Shown here piece after piece: positions 1 to 8,960 of a DNA stretch of 44,651 bases. The first letter of the stretch is position 1. The number at the start of each line of letters is the position of its first letter. Below the pieces are notes generated by a model. The model saw only the letters and a list, made by a program, of their open reading frames with translations. It was not told the origin of the DNA and did no database searches. A program made the position numbers and the translations under genes. The stretch comes from Candidatus Zixiibacteriota bacterium (GTDB lineage Bacteria; Zixibacteria; MSB-5A5; GN15; JAAZOE01), in NCBI GenBank assembly GCA_043819555.1, contig JBDREQ010000012.1, forward strand, positions 1 to 44,651, in the 5' to 3' direction.

Positions 1-152
1 TTTCCGCTTAATCTCACGAACAACTGATTCTGATGATACTTTCGGACTCATAAATAACTCCTTCTTTTGATAGTTAAATATACCAAAAGCATCTCTTAAT
101 TTTAACTATTAATCAGTACGGCAGGTTTTGACGGGAAACAGCCCAAGAATTT

Positions 153-605
153 TTGGATAAAGCAATTAGGATATCATCCGAGACCATTAAGTTTGTTGGT
201 AGTAAGGATAACTTCGAGAGTTCTTCATATACTAATAATTTTTATCTAACTGTTCGCGGTTATGTGGAGATGCTTAAAGGTAATACAATATTTGCCTGCA
301 ATGATTTCGCAAATTGTATTCTTAAGGATCCATTATACTCAAGAACTCATTTTCATCTCGCTGAACTTTTTGAGCGAAATGCTAATAAGGATAGTGATCT
401 ATTAATTGACGCCACGTTTCAATATTTAAAAGTCATGAATGTGTTATCACAAACGACAGCGCATTTACCAATTTTTAAATTAACCCTGAATAAATTAAAA
501 ACTCTGATTGAAGACAGGAAAATTATAAAAATTAAATTTATTGATCGGAACATATATTGGGATAAAAATAAAGATGTTCTAAAAAAAATAAGGATCAAAG
601 CTTAA
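153..605 (+). CDS. Hypothetical protein, possibly the C-terminal remnant of a TPR-like protein
   Basis: 150-aa ORF in visibly AT-rich DNA; helical TPR-like segment (YLTVRGYVEMLKGNTIFACNDFANCILKDPLYSRTHFHLAELFE); TTG start without clear RBS; in-frame TGA at 129-131 just upstream. Confidence 0.35.
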   Translation: MDKAIRISSETIKFVGSKDNFESSSYTNNFYLTVRGYVEMLKGNTIFACNDFANCILKDPLYSRTHFHLAELFERNANKDSDLLIDATFQYLKVMNVLSQTTAHLPIFKLTLNKLKTLIEDRKIIKIKFIDRNIYWDKNKDVLKKIRIKA

Positions 606-673
606 GATAACATCTTTCTATTACATGAGTACTTCCCGAAAATATTTACATTATCTATCTTAATCCAATTCTT

Positions 674-1294
674 TTACTTTTTCTTTTTCCTTCGATGCCA
701 GAAGATATAACAACTAATAAGAATAACGCAGAACCCAATCAATCCAACCGTTATTTCAAATGAATATTGATGCCAGAGAGCCCTGACCGATTCCTCGTTG
801 ATATTTTCCAGTTGCTTTCCGGCAACATAACCGATCCAGACCAGGATGGCGACCCAGATACCGGCGCCTAATCCTGTAAAAAACAAAAATCTACCGATAT
901 TCATGCGAGCCAATCCCGCCGGGAAAGAAATATACTGCCTGACCGCCGGAATTAGTCGGCCGGTAAAAGTAGAAATTTCGCCGTGTTCCCGGAAAAAAAC
1001 CTCGACCTTGGCAAAACGTTGAGGGGGCAAAAATATATATTTGCCATATCTATTGATAAAAGGCCGTCCGAGCCAGACTGCCAGATAATAATTCAGAAGC
1101 GCCCCCAGCCAGCTACCCAGGATTCCCATGCCTATGGCCAGCCAGGGATCCATCTGTCCCTGCGCCGCTAACACTCCGGCAGGAATCATGACAATTTCGC
1201 TTGGAAATGGAAAAAAGGAGCTTTCGAGGAGCATTAATATCACGATACCGGTGTATCCAAGCATTAAAAATATTTCGAGAAGGTTTTCTATCAT
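674..1294 (-). CDS. DedA family (SNARE-associated/VTT domain) membrane protein
   Basis: LESSFFPFPSEIVMIPAG, GRLIPAVRQYISFPAG motifs; multiple TM segments. Confidence 0.92.
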   Translation of the reverse strand: MIENLLEIFLMLGYTGIVILMLLESSFFPFPSEIVMIPAGVLAAQGQMDPWLAIGMGILGSWLGALLNYYLAVWLGRPFINRYGKYIFLPPQRFAKVEVFFREHGEISTFTGRLIPAVRQYISFPAGLARMNIGRFLFFTGLGAGIWVAILVWIGYVAGKQLENINEESVRALWHQYSFEITVGLIGFCVILISCYIFWHRRKKKK

Positions 1295-1322
1295 AATATT
1301 TACATACTCGAAAATTTCAGAG

Positions 1323-2615
1323 TTATGGCTTCCTAACCTGAACGCGCTTTATTCGTCCATCATCCATTTCAAGAATCTTAAATTGTATCTTACCGTAACT
1401 CAATTCATCTCCCAGCTGCGGCCGGTGGTCCAGATTTTCAATAATAAACCCGCCGATTGTATCTGATATATCTTCCGGCATCCGGAGATTGAATGATTTA
1501 TTCAATTCATCCGGCCGCAGAGAAGCCGCAACATATGCAATTTTGTCGGAGTGGGCGACAAATTCCGGCTGGGCAGTATCATGCTCGTCCTGTATTTCGC
1601 CGACGATTTCTTCAAGAATATCTTCGAGCGTAATCAGGCCGGCGGTACCTCCGAATTCATCAAGCACGATCGCGATATGTATCTTTCTCTTCTGGAATAT
1701 TCTGAGAAGCACGGCAAGGGGCATTGAATCGGGTACGAATAAGGGTTTTCGCAAAATATCTTTCAAATTAATTATTTCATTGTCGGTCGTGAAAGATATC
1801 AAATCTTTTGTATAGACAATTCCTTCGATGCGATCCAGTGATTCCTGGTACACCGGGTAACGTGAATAACCGTGCATATCCATCAACCCGAGAATTTTTT
1901 CTTTTGGCCAATCCAGCCGGATACTGATAAAATCAACTCGTGGCGTCATTGATTGACGGACGTTAATATCCGAAAAATCAAAAACGGATTTAATTAGTTT
2001 CTGCTCGGTTATATCAAAGACACCTTTTTCGGTACCTTCGGAAATCAAAATATTGATCTCTTCTTCGGTAATACCAGAACGTTCCGGGATTTTCGAAAAA
2101 CCGAATATTTTCAGGATTAATTTTGCCGATCCGGTGAGGAACGTAACGATAAAGAAACTCAATTTTGAAAATATTGAAATCGGTCGAGTGACTCGAATAG
2201 CAATTTTCTCGGGATTCGCCAAAGCAATATATTTGGGAATTAATTCACCGACTACAACGGTCAGGAATGAAATAACTATAACCACTATTCCAATCGCTAT
2301 TGGGCCGGGGGCGCTTTGAATAATTACTATTGGGATTTTTTTTAGAAAGGGCACAATGTATTGAACCAGGGTAGCACCGCTGAAAACTCCCGCCAGAGTA
2401 GCAACAAATGTTATGCCGACCTGAATAGTTGCCAGGAATTTATCCGGACGAGCGATAAACTCCCGAGTCCGGGCGGCCCGAACATCGCCTTTTTTGGCCC
2501 AGTTTTTCAGACGGCTCTTACGCGATGCAATTAGAGCAAACTCAGAGGCCGCGAAAAAACCATTGGCCAAAATTAACACCAAAATTACAGAAATTTCGAA
2601 ATATGCTCTATCCAT
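1323..2615 (-). CDS. Hemolysin-family HlyC/CorC (CNNM/DUF21 + CBS pair + CorC_HlyC) transporter
   Basis: NGFFAASEFAL, GELIPK, MTPR, YSRYPVY, DEFGGTAGLITLEDILEEIVGEIQDEHD motifs. Confidence 0.93.
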   Translation of the reverse strand: MDRAYFEISVILVLILANGFFAASEFALIASRKSRLKNWAKKGDVRAARTREFIARPDKFLATIQVGITFVATLAGVFSGATLVQYIVPFLKKIPIVIIQSAPGPIAIGIVVIVISFLTVVVGELIPKYIALANPEKIAIRVTRPISIFSKLSFFIVTFLTGSAKLILKIFGFSKIPERSGITEEEINILISEGTEKGVFDITEQKLIKSVFDFSDINVRQSMTPRVDFISIRLDWPKEKILGLMDMHGYSRYPVYQESLDRIEGIVYTKDLISFTTDNEIINLKDILRKPLFVPDSMPLAVLLRIFQKRKIHIAIVLDEFGGTAGLITLEDILEEIVGEIQDEHDTAQPEFVAHSDKIAYVAASLRPDELNKSFNLRMPEDISDTIGGFIIENLDHRPQLGDELSYGKIQFKILEMDDGRIKRVQVRKP

Positions 2616-2648
2616 AGGCGGGCCGCCACAGGGCCGCTTTGAATCTCC

Positions 2649-3503
2649 TTAATTCAGCGTTCCCATTGCCATCGCTTCCAACCGTTTGACTCTCTCCTCA
2701 ACCGGAGGATGGGTCGAAAAAAGGCTGCTTATCCCTTTACCCGATAAAGGGCTGGTGATGAAAATATGGGCAGTGGCCGGTTTTTTGTCAAGATTCAATT
2801 GTACCGGGGCTTTATGTAATTTTTCCAGCGCCGTGGCAAGTGCCAGCGGATTTCCCGATATTTGACTGCCGACTCGATCGGCTTTGTACTCGCGTGAGCG
2901 CGATATTGCCATTTGAATAAGCATTGCCGCTATCGGAGCGACAATGGCGATGGCCAATAATTCAAATATGCCTCCATTGCGATCATTACTGCGTCCGTAT
3001 CCGCCAAATATGGCTCCCCAGCGGGCAAGTGATGCAAGGATAGCAATGGCTCCAGCCATCGTGGCTACCATAGAACCAATCAATATATCCCGATTTTTGA
3101 CATGCGCCAGCTCATGACCGATAACTCCGGCCAGTTCATCCCGATTCAAAATCTGCATTAATCCCTCAGTGACAGCTACCGCGGCATGGTCTTTATTGCG
3201 CCCGGTGGCAAAGGCGTTGGGGGCTCGAGTGGGAATGATATAAACCTTCGGCATCGGCAATTGAGCCATCTGCGTCAAGTTTCTGACGATACTGATTAAT
3301 TTGGAATCGGCATTCTCGTCAGCATGCCGAGCTCGATACATCTTTAAGACTATTCTATCCGAGAACCAATATGAGAAAAAATTCATCACAACGGCCAGGC
3401 CAAAGGCGATTACCATACCTTGACGGCCGCCAAGAAAGAATCCGACGACGACAAATAAAATCGTCAGGAGGAGAAGTAAAAAAGTCACTTTAAAATTATT
3501 CAT
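2649..3503 (-). CDS. htpX: Zinc metalloprotease HtpX (peptidase M48)
   Basis: PNAFATGR, HELAH zinc motif, SRSREYKAD, LFSTHPP; start moved to ATG at 3503 (MNNFKVTFLL). Confidence 0.93.
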   Translation of the reverse strand: MNNFKVTFLLLLLTILFVVVGFFLGGRQGMVIAFGLAVVMNFFSYWFSDRIVLKMYRARHADENADSKLISIVRNLTQMAQLPMPKVYIIPTRAPNAFATGRNKDHAAVAVTEGLMQILNRDELAGVIGHELAHVKNRDILIGSMVATMAGAIAILASLARWGAIFGGYGRSNDRNGGIFELLAIAIVAPIAAMLIQMAISRSREYKADRVGSQISGNPLALATALEKLHKAPVQLNLDKKPATAHIFITSPLSGKGISSLFSTHPPVEERVKRLEAMAMGTLN

Positions 3504-3587
3504 AATTACCCTGTTTTTCAAAAAGTTTCCGCCAGGTAATATATAAAAATCAGATTAAGAAATATTCACATTCGGGCTTATTATAAT

Positions 3588-3622
3588 AAAAAAACCGGCC
3601 AAAACAAGTGTTTCAGCCGGTT
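3588..3622 (-). terminator. Probable intrinsic terminator after the DAACS gene
   Basis: AACCGGC...GCCGGTT stem (3593-3622) with inner AAACA/TGTTT pairing, followed on the minus strand by a T run. Confidence 0.55.
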
Positions 3623-3641
3623 AGACACGTAGCCATTTTGC

Positions 3642-6134
3642 TTATTTTAGATTACGCTTCCGTTTTGGTCTGCCCCATTCAAGAGGTTCATTTGATGCCT
3701 CTTCATCTGTGGGCTCATTATTCTTTGTTATTGAATCAGGTCGTGAATCATCCCGAGACCCCTTCATCAGCGATTCTGTTGATGGAGTTGAATTATCAAA
3801 GCCTTCCGATAATGATTCGATTTCCGGGGATACCTGGACATCTTCAATTTGCATGTCAACTGGCTCTTGTCGAGATTCCTCGTCAACAACCGATGGTCTT
3901 ACCTCAATTGCTTCTGAATCGTCATGAGAATAATCAGCCTGAGATAAAGTCAACTTGTCTTTCATTTCAGATTCTACAACGCCAAAATCTTCCGTTTTTC
4001 CCTTCACCTCAGCCGATTCGTCCTCAACGGATGACCTGGGTTTTTCGGAATCAATGTCACCCAATATCGCTTTATCTAACAGAGTGAAATCCTTTTCCGA
4101 TTTTTCAACCGTAGAATTAGAGTCATCATCGGCGACAAGATTGTTAATCTCATTATCCACTGACTCAGGAACTGGAGTTTTTTGTTCCAATTCCACCTCG
4201 GTCTTTTTCGACGCAGATGAATCTTCCGAAGCGGATGTGTCATCAGCCGTCAGATTCTTTAATGAATCTGGAATTTTCAAATCATCGAGCATACTTGAAG
4301 GGAATTTCGGTACTTCAAACGTGTTGACTGAATTCGAAACCGGTTCCGCCTTTTCCACAACTGAACCATTCTTTCCAAATTTGGAATCAGGTTTTTTCTT
4401 TGCCGGTGACGGTTTTCTTTGATGTCTGCCAAAAGTTGATTTGCTAATGGCAGATGTCTCGGCCGTTTCAGCTTTTGTGGTCGAGGCACGCGGTTGTGAT
4501 TTTAAGGCAACCGGTTCAACCTTTGGTTCCGCCATTGGTTTTACAATGGTTTTTTGAAACCGTTCAGGTCCCGAAATTAGTTTTTTCTTAATCGGTTCAT
4601 CGCTCAAAAGCGATCTCCGATTGTCCTGCGGACCATACTCCTCACGAACACCTTTGAGAGGAGACGAATCAACCTTATGGATTCTTTTAACGGGTTTATT
4701 CGTCGTACGACTTGATTTGCCGCCTCTTTTTTCGGCCGATCTGGCGTTAAATTTCCCCGCAGCGCTGCCTCGTCCGGGAACCGTTGACGTTTTCTCACCT
4801 CTTACGGTATTAAGAGATTTGGGGTCCTGCCGGTTCCTGGGCGCTTCCTTACGTCGCGTGATTGATGATTTCAACCAGGATGACTTTTCTGGCATTCTTC
4901 TCCGCCGATCAACAAGACCTATCTCAGCGGTAGTCGCAATTACGGCGGCTCCAATTGAATCGCCCCAGACATTGACGGTCGTACGAAAACGATCAAGCAA
5001 CCAGTCGATTGATAGGATCAGGCCTATTCCTTCAAGGGGTAAGCCGACGGCTTGTAGAACAAGCACCATCGTTACCAAACCGGCTTGAGGAATTCCTGCC
5101 GCTCCGATCGAAGCGAGAACCGCTGTCAGGCAAATCGTAATTTGCCCAAAGATTCCGAGGGAAATGCCATAAGCTTGCGCGATAAAAAGCGCGGCAACAG
5201 CTTCATAAAGAGCTGTCCCATCCATATTGATGGTTGCCCCTAGAGGCAAAACAAACGATGAGGCCCGTTTGTCAACATCGTTTTTTTCCTCGACACAGTC
5301 CATCGTCACGGGCAGAGTCGCCGAAGATGACGCCGTTGTAAAGGCCGTCATTAAAGCCTGGGACATTCCGATAAAATATTGCACGGGAGATTTCCCGGCG
5401 ATAAATTTGAGAATCAACGGGAGTATAATGACCCCATGAATTAGAAGCCCGATAACGACTACGGCGCTGTATTTGCCCAGCGATGTCACAACTGAGCCAA
5501 TCTGACTCAACCCCCCTTCGGCCGCCAATTGACCGGCAACAAGGCCGAAAATTCCGATTGGTGCGAACCACATTATCAGATGCACGATTTTCATAAAGAC
5601 GTCGTTGACCGCATCGCAGAAAGATATTACCGTTCTTCCTTTACTGCCGATTGTGGTCAACACGCCGCCAAAAATCAGGGCAAAAACGATTACCGGTAAA
5701 ACTTTCGTCTCGGCCGCGGCCTTTAAGATATTAGAGGGTATTTGGTCCGTCAGCCATCTGAAAAAGGAATATGAATCCTGATGGCCGATTGTTTCCGGAG
5801 CGGCAACTCCGGGTAATGTGAATCCGCTGCCCGGTTGAATTAAATTAACCAGTATCAAACCGATAACTACAGCAATGGCGCTGGTAGCCAGAAAATACAG
5901 CAGGGTTTTAACACCGGTACGGCCGAGTTTGCGAATATCTCCGAGGTTGGATATTCCAACCACCATGGAAAAGAACAGAAGCGGAATGACTACCATCTTC
6001 AATGCCGCCAGGAACATATCGCCGAGGAATTTGACATGAAGTCCGGCTTCCCCAAAGATAGCCACAAAAACGACACCCAAGATCATACTAAGCAAAATGG
6101 CGTAGATCAGGTAGTTTCCAGTTCGATCAAACAT
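3642..6134 (-). CDS. Dicarboxylate/amino acid:cation symporter (DAACS, GltP/GltPh family) with long C-terminal charged extension
   Basis: First ~405 aa carry AFTTASSSATLP, GATINMDGTALYE, ASIGAAGIP, DRFRTTVNVWGD; remaining ~420 aa hydrophilic and low-complexity. Confidence 0.92.
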   Translation of the reverse strand: MFDRTGNYLIYAILLSMILGVVFVAIFGEAGLHVKFLGDMFLAALKMVVIPLLFFSMVVGISNLGDIRKLGRTGVKTLLYFLATSAIAVVIGLILVNLIQPGSGFTLPGVAAPETIGHQDSYSFFRWLTDQIPSNILKAAAETKVLPVIVFALIFGGVLTTIGSKGRTVISFCDAVNDVFMKIVHLIMWFAPIGIFGLVAGQLAAEGGLSQIGSVVTSLGKYSAVVVIGLLIHGVIILPLILKFIAGKSPVQYFIGMSQALMTAFTTASSSATLPVTMDCVEEKNDVDKRASSFVLPLGATINMDGTALYEAVAALFIAQAYGISLGIFGQITICLTAVLASIGAAGIPQAGLVTMVLVLQAVGLPLEGIGLILSIDWLLDRFRTTVNVWGDSIGAAVIATTAEIGLVDRRRRMPEKSSWLKSSITRRKEAPRNRQDPKSLNTVRGEKTSTVPGRGSAAGKFNARSAEKRGGKSSRTTNKPVKRIHKVDSSPLKGVREEYGPQDNRRSLLSDEPIKKKLISGPERFQKTIVKPMAEPKVEPVALKSQPRASTTKAETAETSAISKSTFGRHQRKPSPAKKKPDSKFGKNGSVVEKAEPVSNSVNTFEVPKFPSSMLDDLKIPDSLKNLTADDTSASEDSSASKKTEVELEQKTPVPESVDNEINNLVADDDSNSTVEKSEKDFTLLDKAILGDIDSEKPRSSVEDESAEVKGKTEDFGVVESEMKDKLTLSQADYSHDDSEAIEVRPSVVDEESRQEPVDMQIEDVQVSPEIESLSEGFDNSTPSTESLMKGSRDDSRPDSITKNNEPTDEEASNEPLEWGRPKRKRNLK

Positions 6135-6169
6135 TGTTTATCCGTTCCATCCAGTTAAGTTAAGCTGTT

Positions 6170-6198
6170 ATATTACAAAAAAATAGCTTGGTTTGCAA
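6170..6198 (-). promoter_or_regulatory. Candidate sigma70 promoter of the DAACS gene
   Basis: Minus strand TTGCAA-17 nt-TAATAT about 35 nt upstream of the ATG at 6134. Confidence 0.45.
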
Positions 6199-6260
6199 GG
6201 TCTTTCTAATCATTAGGGAAATCACGAAGGAATTTATCTATAATAAATTTCAAGCGATCC

Positions 6261-7259
6261 TTATGCTAAATCAGCTGACAATTTTTCAAGATTCCCATTC
6301 TCTCCCAAAACAATTACGATATCTCCATCTTCCATTGTTGTCCCACCCGGGGGATTAAATAAAATCTCACCGGTTCCTTTTCGTAATCCTACAACAATGG
6401 CATCATATTTTGATTTAATTGCGGCTTCAATAATGCTTTTTCCGGTCAGCACACCCCCTTTTCGTATCGTGATTTCTTCAATACCCAGTCTTTCGCCGCC
6501 CGGAACGACTGTGGCCAATTGCAGGAAATCGACGACATTGGGGCGCAAAGTCGCCATAGCCATCTGCACCCCCCCCAATTCATGGGGACATATTACTTTA
6601 TTGGCGCCCGCCCGGCGAAGTTTTTTCTTGGCAAGCAGGGTTTCCGCGCGAGCGATAATCAACAGATCCGGGTTAATTTGTCGCGCGGTCAGCGCCAGGT
6701 AAACATTATCGGCATCGTCGGGCAAGGTCGAAACAATGGCTTTGGCTTTGCCTATTCCGGCGTGTTCCAGCACTTCATCGGCTGAAGCGTCGCCTTCCAG
6801 AGCATAAATCCCCTGCTTGCGAGCCTCTTCAATCATATTGCCGTCATGTTCAACCACGACAAATTCTTCTTTGCGCCGCTCAAATTCACTGGCGATTTGT
6901 CTGCCTACTCGACCGAAGCCGCACAAGATAATATGATTTTCGAGTTTCTTAAGTTTTTTCTCCATTTTTCTTTTACCCAATATTAATTCCAATTGCCCAT
7001 GAAATACAAACTGTACCGCTGCTGTTATAATAAAGGCGGCGTTGAAGGCGCCGAAGACAATCAGGAATATTGTAAAGACCCGGCCGGTTTCCGTCAACTG
7101 CCGGACTTCCATGAACCCAACCGTGGAAAGCGTAATTATTGTCATATATAGAGAATCAAGGATGGACCAGTTTTCCAGGTAAGAATAACCAATTGTCCCT
7201 ACAAATATAATCAATAATCCGAATCCGATTGCTAATCGGAACTTGGCGTCATACTTCAT
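6261..7259 (-). CDS. Potassium channel protein, 2TM pore + TrkA-N/TrkA-C (RCK) domains
   Basis: DSLYMTIITLSTVGF pore helix/filter, HIILCGFGRVG Rossmann motif, C-terminal TrkA-C. Confidence 0.9.
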   Translation of the reverse strand: MKYDAKFRLAIGFGLLIIFVGTIGYSYLENWSILDSLYMTIITLSTVGFMEVRQLTETGRVFTIFLIVFGAFNAAFIITAAVQFVFHGQLELILGKRKMEKKLKKLENHIILCGFGRVGRQIASEFERRKEEFVVVEHDGNMIEEARKQGIYALEGDASADEVLEHAGIGKAKAIVSTLPDDADNVYLALTARQINPDLLIIARAETLLAKKKLRRAGANKVICPHELGGVQMAMATLRPNVVDFLQLATVVPGGERLGIEEITIRKGGVLTGKSIIEAAIKSKYDAIVVGLRKGTGEILFNPPGGTTMEDGDIVIVLGENGNLEKLSADLA

Positions 7260-7698
7260 CGGAATACCTTACAACGCTTAACCATACCCGTGCCAATATA
7301 CGAATCCTGTCGAGACAATCCACAATAATCAAAATTTATTTTTTATCACTTTTTAATTTTCTCTGCTTATTAGTATTATCGGCGAACAAAATATACGCTC
7401 AATCCGTTAAAAGCAATAATCTTATGCTGATTTCTGTCCGATACTCGCCCAAAACCCGGTCAAATGTATGGGGAATCTCCAACAATTGTTGTTTTGAATC
7501 AATAAATCTATCTACTTTTTCCGATTTAGATTTGATTATAGTTTATATTTTTCGCTGATTATTAGTGGCAAATCAAAAGTTGTGCAATTTATTTTTCCCT
7601 GTAATTAATTGATTAACAATATATTAACCACGTATCCCTTATGATTTCAACTCGGAACATTATATTTATTATTGCCCATGCCGGCAAAATCGACTGAC

Positions 7699-7714
7699 CG
7701 GCATAATTATTGTA
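7699..7714 (+). promoter_or_regulatory. Candidate sigma54 (-24/-12) promoter of the pilin cluster
   Basis: CGGCATAATTATTGTA: GG-N10-GT with GGCA and TTG in consensus register, ~40 nt before ATG 7752; -12 GC is replaced by GT. Confidence 0.45.
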
Positions 7715-7751
7715 CATATTTCCTGCGGACAGCTAAAAAAGGGTTGTTAAG

Positions 7752-8114
7752 ATGAAAATTAAAATATTTAACGAAGATGGCTTTTCGCTCCTTGAAGTCT
7801 TTACATCAATGTTCATTATGGCGATTTCTCTCCTGCTTCTGCTGCATATGGCCATTGTCGCCGTTGACGGTAACAGCTGGGCATCAAATACGACTACCTG
7901 CACCCAAATGCTCCAGCAAAAACTCGAGGAATTACGGTCTCAAAATGAACCGATTTCAGGATTAGATACGGTTGATGGAATACTTCGAAAATGGGAAGTC
8001 AGCAAGGCGGGCACTCATCTCCGGGATGTTTCCATCTCCGCCACCTGGGTCTCCCCCGATTCCACCGTCAGATCTTACGCCATTAATTCTTTAATCAAGA
8101 CCGACGCGCCTTAA
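7752..8114 (+). CDS. Type IV prepilin-like protein, PilV-like minor pilin
   Basis: Class III signal peptide: DG/FSLLEV followed by hydrophobic helix. Confidence 0.85.
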   Translation: MKIKIFNEDGFSLLEVFTSMFIMAISLLLLLHMAIVAVDGNSWASNTTTCTQMLQQKLEELRSQNEPISGLDTVDGILRKWEVSKAGTHLRDVSISATWVSPDSTVRSYAINSLIKTDAP

Positions 8115-8127
8115 GGAGAATGACAGA

Positions 8128-8937
8128 ATGAAAATACTAAAATCAAATAAAGGCGTGACGCTGATTGAGATATTGTTGGCGGTTCTTTTGACCGGGGTAA
8201 TATCGGCGGCGATGTTCAGGGTTTATATTAATCAGCACCACGCCTGGAATATCCAGGATTCTGTAATCGAAATGCAGCAAAACGCAAGGGCTTCAATTGA
8301 TGAGTTGACTCGCCAGATAAGAATGGCCGGGTATGCCCTGCCCAACGGTTTGAAGGCCTTTGAAGCATCAAACACTGATCCGGATACGATTATGATTCAT
8401 TACCGAACTTCAACTTGTGATGCGCCCATTACTCATCCTATGCCCAGTCCCTCGGCCGAATTGCGTTGCGATGGGAACGACGTTAGCTGTTTTGAAGAAG
8501 GACAGCTTGTATATATATATGACCCCAATACAGAAACCGGTGAATTCCTAACCATTACAAAAGTTCAAACCGCGGCATCCCATATCCAGCACAATACAAC
8601 CATATTATCAAAAGCTTATCCGGCCGGCTCGCACTTGTATTCCATAGAAAAAGTTAAGTATTATATCGATTATGGCGATAAGCTTCATCCCCGGCTGATG
8701 GTGCGGTATGGAAACTCCGTCCCTCAAATTTACGCCGAAGACATTACTGATATGCAATTCACATATACTCTCAAAAACGGTATCACTCTGGATAGTCCGA
8801 CTATAGTTAATGATGTTCGGAGAATCAGTATTGCAGTGACTGCCCGTACAGAAAGACCTGATGTCGAGTTTGAGCAGGAGCCGTATCGATTCGAAACTTA
8901 TCAATCTCAGGTTTACCTTAGAAATCTGGGAACATAA
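8128..8937 (+). CDS. Type IV prepilin-like protein, PilW-like minor pilin
   Basis: KG/VTLIEILLAV signal, MQQNARASIDELTRQIRMAG helix, C-terminal VYLRNLG; AGGAG RBS. Confidence 0.88.
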   Translation: MKILKSNKGVTLIEILLAVLLTGVISAAMFRVYINQHHAWNIQDSVIEMQQNARASIDELTRQIRMAGYALPNGLKAFEASNTDPDTIMIHYRTSTCDAPITHPMPSPSAELRCDGNDVSCFEEGQLVYIYDPNTETGEFLTITKVQTAASHIQHNTTILSKAYPAGSHLYSIEKVKYYIDYGDKLHPRLMVRYGNSVPQIYAEDITDMQFTYTLKNGITLDSPTIVNDVRRISIAVTARTERPDVEFEQEPYRFETYQSQVYLRNLGT

Positions 8938-8960
8938 TCTCATTGCCAAGGAGCTAACTG

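Noticed and set aside
3608..5571. Several long antisense/alternative-frame ORFs within the DAACS gene, and similar ones within other genes
   Set aside because: Shadow ORFs opposite well-supported genes, without RBS or domain features
7229..7558. 109-aa plus-strand ORF
   Set aside because: Overlaps the K+ channel start, lies in an AT-rich promoter region, no motif; likely spurious though not excluded
7561..7700. c-di-GMP-I riboswitch upstream of the pilins (GGCAAA seeds at 7567 and 7683)
   Set aside because: No GNRA-capped stem or GCAAA/P2 elements follow; an Infernal scan with RF01051 would be decisive
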